From Bdellovibrionota bacterium (GTDB lineage Bacteria; Bdellovibrionota; UBA2428): 28,123 bases of DNA. The stretch is taken from contig JBDSDI010000139.1 of the NCBI GenBank assembly GCA_039920645.1, forward strand, positions 1-28,123, read 5' to 3'. Of this stretch, positions 1 through 8,780 are shown piece by piece (position 1 is the first letter of the stretch; the number at the start of each line of letters is the position of its first letter). The position numbers and the translations under genes were made by a program. A model generated the notes under the pieces. The model was not told the DNA's origin. It saw only the letters and a program-made list of their open reading frames with translations, and did not search any database.

Positions 1-570
1 CAGCATCGCGCTCCAAATCAAAATCTTCGGCTTAATGCCCACGAAGAGAAGTACGACGGCCCCGACGATCATGAGGTGCCCGCCGGTACCGAGGTCGGGT
101 TGGACGATAGTCATCAGTCCAGGAATACCGATCATAAGGCACGGAATGATGAGATCCTTGAGACCCATTTTGTGGATCTGATTCTTCGTGTGAAAATACT
201 TGGCCACAGCGAGAATCATGAAAATTTTCATGCTTTCGCTGGGCTGCCAGCTGAAAAATCCGAAGTTGATCCACCGCCGCGCGCCCATGCGCTCAACGCC
301 GATAAGCGGAACCAACGAAAGCGCCATCAAATTCATGCCGTAAAAAACGTAGGCCACGCGTTCGAAGATGCGATAGTCGAAAAGCATGATGACGGCGCAA
401 ACCGCCAACGAAATACCGAATGCGATGAGCTGTTTGGAAATGAAATGCTCATCCTGATGATGATAGGTGGCGGAGTAAATGTTGATGAGTCCTAGGATCA
501 CCAGACCGATCACCGTAAACAGCAGGGGCCAGTCGAAACGACTTCCCGGCCCTTCTTCGAGTTCTTCCAT
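1..570 (-). CDS. rodA: Rod shape-determining protein RodA (FtsW/RodA/SpoVE SEDS family), 5' part; runs off the window edge
   Basis: Translated by hand because it is not in the ORF track: MEELEEGPGSRFDWPLLFTVIGLVILGLINIYSAT...GARRWINFGFFSWQPSESMK...IVQPDLGTG. These are SEDS motifs (GAxRW, QPSE, QPDLGT) among multiple hydrophobic segments. The frame is open to position 1. An alternative in-frame ATG lies at 612. Confidence 0.92.
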   Translation of the reverse strand, partial: MEELEEGPGSRFDWPLLFTVIGLVILGLINIYSATYHHQDEHFISKQLIAFGISLAVCAVIMLFDYRIFERVAYVFYGMNLMALSLVPLIGVERMGARRWINFGFFSWQPSESMKIFMILAVAKYFHTKNQIHKMGLKDLIIPCLMIGIPGLMTIVQPDLGTGGHLMIVGAVVLLFVGIKPKILIWSAML

Positions 571-632
571 AGAGGTCCAGTGTAGAACCCATTTTAAAAG
601 CCCACAAGACATCTCCCCACTCTGAAGATGTG

Positions 633-661
633 TTGCGGATTCCGAAAAGGGGTTCTATTCA
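633..661 (+). promoter_or_regulatory. Putative sigma70-type promoter (TTGCGG-17-TATTCA), 6 nt before the ATG at 668
   Basis: The hexamers and 17-nt spacing are seen directly. No Shine-Dalgarno sequence precedes ATG 668. Confidence 0.4.
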
Positions 662-667
662 GTAAGA

Positions 668-1216
668 ATGATCTGCCTTATTGCCGGAACCAACCGCCCC
701 CACAGCCAGACCCTGCGTGTCACACGCCTTTTCGAAAGGCTCTACAAGGCTCAAGGGGTCGAAACGCAGATTCTAGACCTGAACACGCTTCCGGCAGAGC
801 TCTTCCGTCCCGAGGCTTACGCCGACAAACCGGCTTCTTTTGCGCATTTCAGCGAGAGCGTTCTCAAGGCGGACGGCCTTGTCATCGTGACGCCCGAATA
901 CAACGGGGGATTTCCGGGGGTTCTGAAGCTTTTCATCGACATGCTAAAATTTCCCGAAAGCTTCGAGAAAAAACCTGTCGCCTTCGTAGGACTGGCTGCC
1001 GGGATGTGGGGCGCCCTGCGTCCGGTCGAACAACTCGAGGCGATCTTCAAGTATCGTAATGCATTCCTCTTCAACGAACGCATTTTCCTTCCCCGCGTCG
1101 AAACGCAACTCACCGCCGACGATCACTTTACGCAAGCACTCACCGGACAGCTGGCCGATCAACAGGTCAAAAACTTCATTGGTTTCGTAGAGAGCTGCAA
1201 GAAATTGCATGGATGA
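668..1216 (+). CDS. NAD(P)H-dependent FMN reductase (flavodoxin-like, SsuE/ChrR family)
   Basis: N-terminal GTNRPHSQT phosphate loop and the ADGLVIVTPEYNGGFPGVLKLFID family signature; 182 aa. Confidence 0.9.
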   Translation: MICLIAGTNRPHSQTLRVTRLFERLYKAQGVETQILDLNTLPAELFRPEAYADKPASFAHFSESVLKADGLVIVTPEYNGGFPGVLKLFIDMLKFPESFEKKPVAFVGLAAGMWGALRPVEQLEAIFKYRNAFLFNERIFLPRVETQLTADDHFTQALTGQLADQQVKNFIGFVESCKKLHG

Positions 1217-2531
1217 TTCCAAGAAATCGGGAGAGCCGCCGAAGTCCTTGTTTTCCAGATCCAAGGATCTCGTGGGTCTTCTCGCGAAGATGGGGCAAAA
1301 AGAGGTCGCCTCGCGAATCAGCTCCCTCGTCTCGGAAAATCCCTCTCTCAAAAAGATCAATACTCAGCTTGAGCAAGCACATGTGCTCGTCGACGCCCTC
1401 AAACACCTGCGCGGCGCGGCCATGAAGGCCGGACAAATGCTCAGCCTCGAAGCGAGAGATTTCCTTCCCCCCGAAGTCATCGATATCCTCAATCAGCTTC
1501 AAGACCAGAGTGAATCTATGAGAAGCTCGCTCGTCGCGGAAATTCTTCTTAAGGAACTTGGCCCTGAAATTCTCGGCGAGATCCGCGACCTCTCCGAAAA
1601 TCCCGTCGCGTCCGCGAGCATCGGACAAGTCCATCGCGCCCAATTTCGTGGCCAGGACGTCGCGATAAAAGTCCAGTTTCCGGGCGTGGCCGAAAGCATC
1701 GTAAGCGATCTTTTCATGCTGAGAAAACTCGCCGAAACTTTCCTCAAAGTGACCGGCAAAGATATCCGTCTCGAAGCGCTGTTCTGCGAGCTCTCCGAAA
1801 TTCTCAAGCAGGAAGTCGACTACATCTCCGAAGCGACCCACATGGAAGAGTACGCCAAAATGCTCGAGGGCCGTCCGGGTTTCGTGGTTCCGCGTCCGAT
1901 CTGCGAACTCGTGAACGCCCGCGTCCTGGGGATGAGTTTCGAGGGCGGCGTGAAGCCCGACGATTGGATTCGCTCGAACCCTTCGATCGAAGATCGCGTC
2001 GCGGTTGCGCGAAAGATTCTGGACCTCTACGTCATCGAGTTCTTCGAGAACGGTTTCGTGCAGACCGATCCGAATTTTGGAAATTTCTTCATTCGTCCCG
2101 AAAGCGGGGACCTTGTCGTGCTCGATTTTGGAGCGATGAAGCGCTACCATCCCTCTTTCATCAAGAACTACAAGGAGCTGCTGCGCCTCATTCGTTCCGC
2201 TCCCGACGCCAAGATCATCGAACACACCCTCGCGATGAAACTTATGGATCCACGCGAAAGCCAGGAATGCCGCGATGCCTTCGTCGCCATGCTCAAGATG
2301 AGTCTGGAGCCTTTCGGCTCCGGCGGCGAGGCTTTCGATTTCGGATCGACCGCCTACAGCTCAGATATGCGGAAATCAAGCCTCCATTTCACAAAACTCA
2401 TTCGCTATTCCTCTCCACCCCACCAGATTCTCTTCCTGCATCGCAAACTGAGCGGCGTCTTCCGACTTTTGCAGACGATGCAGGTAAAAATTCCCCTAGA
2501 AGATTATTGGGAAAACTTCGTCTCCGTGTGA
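1209..2531 (+). CDS. ABC1/AarF/UbiB family atypical kinase (COQ8/ADCK3-like)
   Basis: LRGAAMKAGQMLS (KxGQ motif), ASASIGQVHRA (A-rich loop), VAIKVQFPG, QEVDY, QTDPNFGNF and LDFGA. It overlaps the upstream gene by 8 nt. Confidence 0.92.
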   Translation: MDDSKKSGEPPKSLFSRSKDLVGLLAKMGQKEVASRISSLVSENPSLKKINTQLEQAHVLVDALKHLRGAAMKAGQMLSLEARDFLPPEVIDILNQLQDQSESMRSSLVAEILLKELGPEILGEIRDLSENPVASASIGQVHRAQFRGQDVAIKVQFPGVAESIVSDLFMLRKLAETFLKVTGKDIRLEALFCELSEILKQEVDYISEATHMEEYAKMLEGRPGFVVPRPICELVNARVLGMSFEGGVKPDDWIRSNPSIEDRVAVARKILDLYVIEFFENGFVQTDPNFGNFFIRPESGDLVVLDFGAMKRYHPSFIKNYKELLRLIRSAPDAKIIEHTLAMKLMDPRESQECRDAFVAMLKMSLEPFGSGGEAFDFGSTAYSSDMRKSSLHFTKLIRYSSPPHQILFLHRKLSGVFRLLQTMQVKIPLEDYWENFVSV

Positions 2532-2543
2532 TAAACCTTCGCC

Positions 2544-5093
2544 ATGTTCTCGTTGGAGCAGATTCAAAATGATCTTCCTCGTTTCGATTCCGGCGAGCTC
2601 TCGCGCCTTTGGAAAATTTTCGAAGAAGGTCGACCCCTTCATTCGACTCTTCTCGCCGCATCCGAGTTGGGGCTGAAGAGCCATCCCGACGAGATCCGCG
2701 AGTTCTACGATACGTGTGCGCGTGGCGCCCACATCGAGAAAATGCGCGAAAAGATCGAGTCCGAATCCTCTGAAGTACTCGAAGCGAGTCCCGCCCTGAA
2801 GAAAGCACTCGATAGCGCTCGCGACAGCGACACACTTTCCCTCATCGAGAAGAAACTCAAACGACGCCACCGCTCGCGCGCCGCCCTCGCCCGCCAGTAC
2901 GGTCTTGAAACTCTGCTCGACGGCATGTGGAAGAAACTCCACGGCCAGGCCTCCGAAACGACCGAGGCTTCTCTCGACGCTGCCGTTCGATCCGAAGTCG
3001 AGGACCTCAACGACAAATCTAAAATCGCGAAACTGCTTGGCGCCCTGCTTGCAGAAAAACTTCTCGATGATTCCGTACTTGGTGAAAATCTTCGCCAGTA
3101 TTTCCTCGCAAAAGCCGATGTCGTCGTCACCAAGAACGAGAAGGCCGCCGAAGATTCGCGCTTCAAGTCCTTCTTCAATTTCCGAGGCCCCTTCGCGCAG
3201 CTCATGCGACGTGATCAAGCCCATCGCTTCCTCAATCTCCGCCGTGGTGTCAGCCAGGGCGACCTGAACATGTCGGTCGAAGGTCCTCGCGCCGATCTGG
3301 AAATGAAGCTCTTCGAAGCCGCTGCTCCGATCGCTCATCGCAGTTCCGCTCCGTCCGAATGGGTAGATTGGGCTCTGGCGACCGTCACTGAAGCGCTCGA
3401 GCAGTCGCTCCTCACCCAGTTCCAAAAAGATGCCTTCAATATGCTCCGTGACTCCGCGGAAAGCGAGATCCTTCCTCCGATCCGCCGTAACCTTCGCCGG
3501 GTTCTAATGAGTCCCGGCCTTGGCCGCCAAATCGTCATGGGCGTCTCTCCATCCGGCAAGAAGACTTGCCGCATCGCCGTGGTCGATCGCGAAGGGCACT
3601 TCAAAGAAACCGCGCTTCTACACCTCCTCGAAGGCGAGAAAAAAGCCGAGACCGAAGCCGTTTTCCTCGCGCTGATCGAAAAACACGGTGTCCAAGCGAT
3701 CGCACTTTCGGATCACCCTGGCGCGCGCGAGATCGAGCGTTTCCTGCACGATCTCTTCCGCACCGTGAAGATCCGTATCCCGGTTTCACTTATGCCGTCC
3801 GAATCTTCGGACGACTACGCGTCCTCCAAGATCGGCCAAGAAGAGTTCCCCGAAATGGAAACTCCTAACCGCAAAGCGGTCTTCGTCGCACGCCTTCTCC
3901 AGAATCCTTTGGGCGAACTCGTAAAAGTGAAACCCAAGAGCCTTGGCGTGGGACAGTTTCTCAGTGAAATTCATCCTGAGAGCCTGAGCCGCACCCTCGA
4001 CGAAGTCCTCGCCGATTGCATTCACGAAGTCGGAGTCGACCTCAACTCGGCATCGAAACCTCTTCTCGCGCGCGTCGCAGGCCTCAACGAAGATCTCGCA
4101 ACCAAGATCATCGCTTATCGCGCGGACAAAGGTTTCTTCTGGGACCGCGATCAGATTCTCGAAGTCGCAGGCGTCGAAGCCCATCATTTCGAATACGCCG
4201 GCCCGTTCCTGCGCATCCGCGACGGCAAGAACCCCTCCGATCTGTCCGACGTTCACCCGAAACACAACAAAGCCATTCTCGAAGCACTGAAACGCCAGAA
4301 AATCGAAAAGTCAGACTGGTCGGCGAAAGCCGAACTTCTGCTTCAGGACGAAAAACTCAAGACACAACTCGGCGAACAACTCCTCGGCCGTATCGTTCAA
4401 ACCATGAAAAATCCTCCCAAGGATCCCCGTGGCGACTTCAAATTCATTCAGTTCCGCGAAGACGTCAAAGACATCCGCGATCTCAAAATGGGAATGGTTT
4501 GTGCGGGACGCGTCTCGAACGTGACCTCCTTCGGAGCCTTCGTCGATATCGGTTTACAACAAGACGGCCTCGTCCACCTCTCCGAACTCAGCAGCACTTT
4601 CGTTCGCGACCCTTTCGACGTGATTCATCCCGGAGACCTCGTCACCGTGAAGGTCATCTCTGTCGATCCCGACAAGAAACAGATTTCCTTCACCATGAAA
4701 AACTTCGCGGAAGTTTCCGAGAAGAACCAGGAAATCGTTCGCCGTCACAAGGAAGTCGTCGACCGCGACCGCGAAGACAGTGCTGCTCGCTCACGCGCGG
4801 AACGTCCACGCAATGAGCAGCAGCAACAGCGTCCCGAGAGAAACGCAGCGGGCCCTCGTCCCGATCGCCCGGCGCGTCCGCAACACGGCAACGGCCCAAG
4901 CGCTGGTCCTCGCAGACCGCGTCCCGACGGCCCACGTCAGAATGCCGGACCTCACAGCGGCGGCAACGACCGTAGACCTCCGCGCGACGGCGGTGGCGGC
5001 AGTAACGGCGGCGCTCGTCCCCAGAAAACCGAAGGTCTCAGGGACAATCCCTTCGCGGCCCTCGCCCAACTTCGCGATCAGCTGAAGCGCTAA
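2544..5093 (+). CDS. tex: Tex/YhgF family RNA-binding protein (YqgF/RNase H-like, HhH and S1 domains) with a low-complexity C-terminal tail
   Basis: EEFPEM...ARLLQNPLGELVKVKPKSLGVGQF, VGVDLNSAS...VAGLNEDLA (HhH), and an S1 domain GRVSNVTSFGAFVDIGLQQDGLVHLSELS. Several family motifs are degenerate (see findings). Confidence 0.88.
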   Translation: MFSLEQIQNDLPRFDSGELSRLWKIFEEGRPLHSTLLAASELGLKSHPDEIREFYDTCARGAHIEKMREKIESESSEVLEASPALKKALDSARDSDTLSLIEKKLKRRHRSRAALARQYGLETLLDGMWKKLHGQASETTEASLDAAVRSEVEDLNDKSKIAKLLGALLAEKLLDDSVLGENLRQYFLAKADVVVTKNEKAAEDSRFKSFFNFRGPFAQLMRRDQAHRFLNLRRGVSQGDLNMSVEGPRADLEMKLFEAAAPIAHRSSAPSEWVDWALATVTEALEQSLLTQFQKDAFNMLRDSAESEILPPIRRNLRRVLMSPGLGRQIVMGVSPSGKKTCRIAVVDREGHFKETALLHLLEGEKKAETEAVFLALIEKHGVQAIALSDHPGAREIERFLHDLFRTVKIRIPVSLMPSESSDDYASSKIGQEEFPEMETPNRKAVFVARLLQNPLGELVKVKPKSLGVGQFLSEIHPESLSRTLDEVLADCIHEVGVDLNSASKPLLARVAGLNEDLATKIIAYRADKGFFWDRDQILEVAGVEAHHFEYAGPFLRIRDGKNPSDLSDVHPKHNKAILEALKRQKIEKSDWSAKAELLLQDEKLKTQLGEQLLGRIVQTMKNPPKDPRGDFKFIQFREDVKDIRDLKMGMVCAGRVSNVTSFGAFVDIGLQQDGLVHLSELSSTFVRDPFDVIHPGDLVTVKVISVDPDKKQISFTMKNFAEVSEKNQEIVRRHKEVVDRDREDSAARSRAERPRNEQQQQRPERNAAGPRPDRPARPQHGNGPSAGPRRPRPDGPRQNAGPHSGGNDRRPPRDGGGGSNGGARPQKTEGLRDNPFAALAQLRDQLKR

Positions 5094-5100
5094 AGGATTT

Positions 5101-6135
5101 TTAGCGCTTCAGGCAAATCAGGCGGCGCGCCTCAACCAAACCTTTAGCTTTTTTGTCTTTCGACTCCGAGGTGTAGACGAGCGATGTTCCGTCGCTGGTG
5201 TAGGTGATCGCTTCTTGTTGCTCGAGAACGTCCGCCACGTCCATCGCGCTCCGACTGAAGTCCTCCGCCTTGATCGGGGCATTACCCGATAGGATCGACG
5301 AATCGAATTCCACGATGCCTCCCAAGGTGATCAAAACGAAAGTTTTGCCGTCGGGCGAGAAGTCGGCGTCGGTCACAAGGAACTTCTTGCGTTCTTTCCC
5401 TGTGGCCACTTTGGCCTCGGGGAAAATGTCTTCGATCTTGATCGTGCGCACATAGGTGAGGGTCGTTTGGGCACGATTCTTCGCTGCGATCGCGACGTTG
5501 GCGTAAACGCTGCGTTTCAAGACGTAGACACGCGGCGAGAGATCGTCGTCCGCGCCCTTTTCACCATCCGCGCGTGTGCGCTTCGTAACGACGTAGACAT
5601 CTCCGCTGTTGGGATCGACCATCATCGCTTCCGCGTTGTGCTGCCTCGCGCCGGTGGCATCGCGACTGTAGTCGATATCGATAACGACCTTCGGCGCGGT
5701 CTGCGCCTTATAATTTTCTTTTTCGGCGACGACGATGAATTTCAGATTCTGACGATTGAAGTTATTGTTGCCAATATCCCCGAGAAAAAGACACCCTTCT
5801 TTTTCGGCGGTGGCTTTCTTGAGATCGGGCGGACAATGTCCGACGTCAATAGTCTCCATGTCGTCAGCATTCACACCATCGACCATCGAGCTTTGCAGAG
5901 GATTCCCGTTCTCGAAGGAGACATGAAATGCCGAGCCAGAACCCGAATCGTTGATGTGGTAATAGCGCTGATTAGGAAAGTCGATGGACGACGAGATGCC
6001 CGAACTTTCCCTGAGGATCTTTGCGCTGAGCAGTGGCACCGGCCCACGATTTTGCCATTTACTGCAGAGAGCAGCGGCGTGGATTTGGGGAGCGACGAGA
6101 GTTGTGAAAATAACGATGGAGAGCAGACGTTTCAT
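5101..6135 (-). CDS. Secreted hypothetical protein, probable beta-propeller
   Basis: Signal peptide (MKRLLSIVIFTTLVAPQIHA) and an AAGGA RBS. Repeating blade-like motifs ESSGIS, HINDSG, LFLGDIGNN, NAEAMMVDP, VTDADFSPDG and QQEAITYTSDG. Function is unknown. Confidence 0.75.
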   Translation of the reverse strand: MKRLLSIVIFTTLVAPQIHAAALCSKWQNRGPVPLLSAKILRESSGISSSIDFPNQRYYHINDSGSGSAFHVSFENGNPLQSSMVDGVNADDMETIDVGHCPPDLKKATAEKEGCLFLGDIGNNNFNRQNLKFIVVAEKENYKAQTAPKVVIDIDYSRDATGARQHNAEAMMVDPNSGDVYVVTKRTRADGEKGADDDLSPRVYVLKRSVYANVAIAAKNRAQTTLTYVRTIKIEDIFPEAKVATGKERKKFLVTDADFSPDGKTFVLITLGGIVEFDSSILSGNAPIKAEDFSRSAMDVADVLEQQEAITYTSDGTSLVYTSESKDKKAKGLVEARRLICLKR

Positions 6136-6177
6136 GGTCCTTCTAGACTACTGCCAAACCACCTCATTAAATCAGGC

Positions 6178-6215
6178 AAAAAAATGACGAATTTCCCATA
6201 GCGGGAAATCCGTCA
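6178..6215 (-). terminator. Rho-independent terminator of the 6242-7822 gene
   Basis: The stem TGACG-ATTTCCC / GGGAAAT-CGTCA (6185-6215) has one mismatch. It is followed on the minus strand by 7 T (A-run at 6178-6184). Confidence 0.8.
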
Positions 6216-6241
6216 CAGAATTTTCTAAATACTGAGAACGC

Positions 6242-7822
6242 TTAACGCAGCAGCGAACGGAGATCCACGGGAGGAGCTTCGTCCACGCCCGATCCGGAAA
6301 CCGCGCGTTGAAGTTCTTCAAGATTGAAGTCCATGCGGTTCTCGTAAGTGCGCTCCATTTGATTTCTCAAACGCTGCTCAGCTTTGTACCACGCTTGCTT
6401 AAGGGACGAATCGTCGCAGCTTGCGAGCTCAGATCCGCGTGCGCCCCAACGAGCCTCGACGCAGTGGTAAGGATCGAAGGATAGATCGAAGAGTCTTTCT
6501 TGAATGTCTCCGAGGTTAAGCGCGACGTCGCGTCCCGCCGAGTTCTTGTAGGAAAGCGGACACGAAGCGTAAGAGTTATCGATGACTCCTCCCAGATCGC
6601 GTTTTAGGTCTGCCACGCTGCCCTTGTAATCAATGAGCTGTGAACCTTCGGCCGTGAGCTGAAGGAACTGCTGCACCTTCTTGTACGCTTCGTGGAAGGA
6701 GGTCTTCAGACGCGCGTCGCGCGAAGGGGTCGAGTAGGTTTCCCAGTCTCCATCAGTTCCGTAGATATTGTAGGGAAGCCGCTCGGGCTGCCCGCGATTA
6801 TTCACACCCGCGACGATCGCTTCGTTTACGGAAGCAACGCGATCACGCGAATCGTAGCACAGAGCTTCGAGAAGGTTCTCGACTTCTTGCAAGGGTTCGA
6901 AGCGCAGGTTGCCTTCGGCGAGTACGACGCGGACGTAATCGTAGTAATCGTATTTCACGCCATCGCGCGAGAAGGTTCCTTTCTTCCAGGCGCCGTCGGG
7001 CGAGCGATCGGTCCCGTAGAACTGAGTGAGGCTGTAGTCCGCGATCTGCGCGTTCGGGCGGCCCATGATCGTGCCGTTCGTAGCGTAGACGATGGGGCGC
7101 CAGTTCTTGAAGCCGGCACCGCTCGTAGGACGCGAGCGCGCAAATTTCTCGCCATAGACGCCGCGGGTGATGGAGTTGTCGGGATGCGCGTCCATGAAAC
7201 GAACCCGTCCGTCGGATTCGATTTTGTAGATCATGGCGACGTGGCCGTTCGGATCGTAGATGATCGTTCCGGGGCGGATGCTGCGACGATCGAGTGCGAC
7301 CGAATAGAAGTCCGTGAAGAGATTGCCTTTGACGTCGTCCTCGGGCGGAACGCGGTACATCGCCGACGATGTGACCGTCATCATGTCGCTGATGGCTTTG
7401 TGAAGAGGCGTGTTGTTGGCTACGGATTGGCGAGCCACGACTTTATTGCCCTGGGGAGAGTAGCGAATGTCGCGCGTCTCGCTGCGAGCTTCAACCTTGC
7501 TCTCGTAGGAGTATGGCAAGTCGTTCATATAGGCGAAGTAAAGACGGAACATATACGGGAGACGCGAACAATCCGAGAATCCATTCTTCAGGAACGAAGG
7601 ATTCTGGTCGCGGTAAGGATTTTCAGGGGCGTCGAAACAACGACCGGTCGTGTTGCAGTGGCTCTCGCCCATCTTTGCGATGAACGCGGAGTAAGCGGCC
7701 TCATCCGCATCGCTCCAACGATCTTTTTTGATGCGCCAGATTCCATCGGTGTGAGCCGAGGCCAACGTGGGAGCGAGAAGAAGAAGAACGCCGAGAAGCT
7801 TCAAAGATTTTTGCGACAGCAT
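6242..7822 (-). CDS. Secreted hypothetical protein with NlpC/P60-like (papain-fold) Cys-His motifs
   Basis: The start was moved from 7852 to ATG 7822 because of the GAGGG RBS and the signal peptide MLSQKSLKLLGVLLLLAPTLASA. It carries the motifs GFSDCSRLPY and IRPGTIIYDPNGHVAMIY. The CDS itself is well supported; the function is inferred. Confidence 0.8.
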   Translation of the reverse strand: MLSQKSLKLLGVLLLLAPTLASAHTDGIWRIKKDRWSDADEAAYSAFIAKMGESHCNTTGRCFDAPENPYRDQNPSFLKNGFSDCSRLPYMFRLYFAYMNDLPYSYESKVEARSETRDIRYSPQGNKVVARQSVANNTPLHKAISDMMTVTSSAMYRVPPEDDVKGNLFTDFYSVALDRRSIRPGTIIYDPNGHVAMIYKIESDGRVRFMDAHPDNSITRGVYGEKFARSRPTSGAGFKNWRPIVYATNGTIMGRPNAQIADYSLTQFYGTDRSPDGAWKKGTFSRDGVKYDYYDYVRVVLAEGNLRFEPLQEVENLLEALCYDSRDRVASVNEAIVAGVNNRGQPERLPYNIYGTDGDWETYSTPSRDARLKTSFHEAYKKVQQFLQLTAEGSQLIDYKGSVADLKRDLGGVIDNSYASCPLSYKNSAGRDVALNLGDIQERLFDLSFDPYHCVEARWGARGSELASCDDSSLKQAWYKAEQRLRNQMERTYENRMDFNLEELQRAVSGSGVDEAPPVDLRSLLR

Positions 7823-7910
7823 GCGGCCCTCATAGCGGAACGCATAATGCACTGCAACAAATTCTATTTGGGACTGCTCTAAAGTAACGAAATTACGCGG
7901 AAAGTGTCGA

Positions 7911-8738
7911 TCAGACGCTCACTCCAAAATCGCGTAAGGCCTCGTTAAGCGTCGTTTTTTTATCAGTCGACTCTTTGCGCTCGCCCACAATCAACGCGAC
8001 GGGAACATGATATTCGCCGCCGGGAAATTTCTTGGGGCGGGAGCCGGGAATGACCACCGAGCGCGGGGGTACGTAACCTTTGTACTCTTTGGCTTCGGAC
8101 GAACTCACATCGATGATTCGCGTGGACGATGTGAGTACGACGTTCGCGCCCAGCACCGCAGCGGTTCCGATGCGCACGCCTTCGACGACGATACAACGCG
8201 AACCGAGGAACGCATCGTCTTCGATAATGACGGGAGCGGCTTGCGGAGGCTCGAGAACGCCGCCGATGCCGACGCCGCCGCTCAAGTGCACACGCGCTCC
8301 GACTTGGGCGCAGGACCCGACCGTCGCCCAGGTGTCGACCATGGTGCCTTCACCCACATAGGCGCCAATGTTCACGAACGAGGGCATGAGAATCGCGCCG
8401 CTCGAGACATGCGAACCGAAACGCACGACCGCGCCGGGAACCACGCGCACGCCTTTCATCTGTGAAAGGGTCTTGAGAGGAATCTTGTCATGGAAATGGA
8501 AGGGACCGACATCCATCTGCTCCATCGGACGAAGAGCGAAATAAAGCAGGATCGCCTTCTTGACCCAGTCGTTCACTTTCCAGCTTTCGGAGGTGAGATC
8601 ATACTCGGCCACGCGTACGCTTCCATCGTCGAGCGCCGTGAGCGTTTCGAGAACCGCACTGCGAACGTTGTCGACTTTGAGAAGTTCGCGGTTTTCGAAG
8701 GCCTGACCGATGAGAAGTCTTTGATTGTCGTCCATCAC
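7911..8738 (-). CDS. dapD: 2,3,4,5-tetrahydropyridine-2,6-dicarboxylate N-succinyltransferase
   Basis: WKVNDWVKKAILLYF, DKIPLK, VRVVPGAVVRFG, MPSFVNIGAYVGEGTMVDTWATVGSCAQVG, GGVLEPPQA and C-terminal LNEALRD. The start is GTG 8738 or ATG 8735. Confidence 0.96.
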   Translation of the reverse strand: MMDDNQRLLIGQAFENRELLKVDNVRSAVLETLTALDDGSVRVAEYDLTSESWKVNDWVKKAILLYFALRPMEQMDVGPFHFHDKIPLKTLSQMKGVRVVPGAVVRFGSHVSSGAILMPSFVNIGAYVGEGTMVDTWATVGSCAQVGARVHLSGGVGIGGVLEPPQAAPVIIEDDAFLGSRCIVVEGVRIGTAAVLGANVVLTSSTRIIDVSSSEAKEYKGYVPPRSVVIPGSRPKKFPGGEYHVPVALIVGERKESTDKKTTLNEALRDFGVSV

Positions 8739-8780
8739 GATTCTTTAGCTCAGAGAAAGCGCGGAGCCCAGTGAAAGCTT

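Noticed and set aside
76-495. 139-aa plus-strand ORF, and the 80-aa minus-strand ORF at 32-274
   Set aside because: Both are shadows of rodA, which occupies 1-570 on the minus strand with clear SEDS motifs.
1176-3425. Long minus-strand ORFs 1176-2225 and 2496-3425
   Set aside because: They are antisense to the ABC1 kinase and Tex genes and have no independent family signal.
5467-7882. Long plus-strand ORFs 5467-6201 and 6692-7882
   Set aside because: These are antisense shadows of genes with signal peptides and RBSs. Biased codon usage in GC-rich genomes leaves the antisense frame open, and there are no motifs or RBS.
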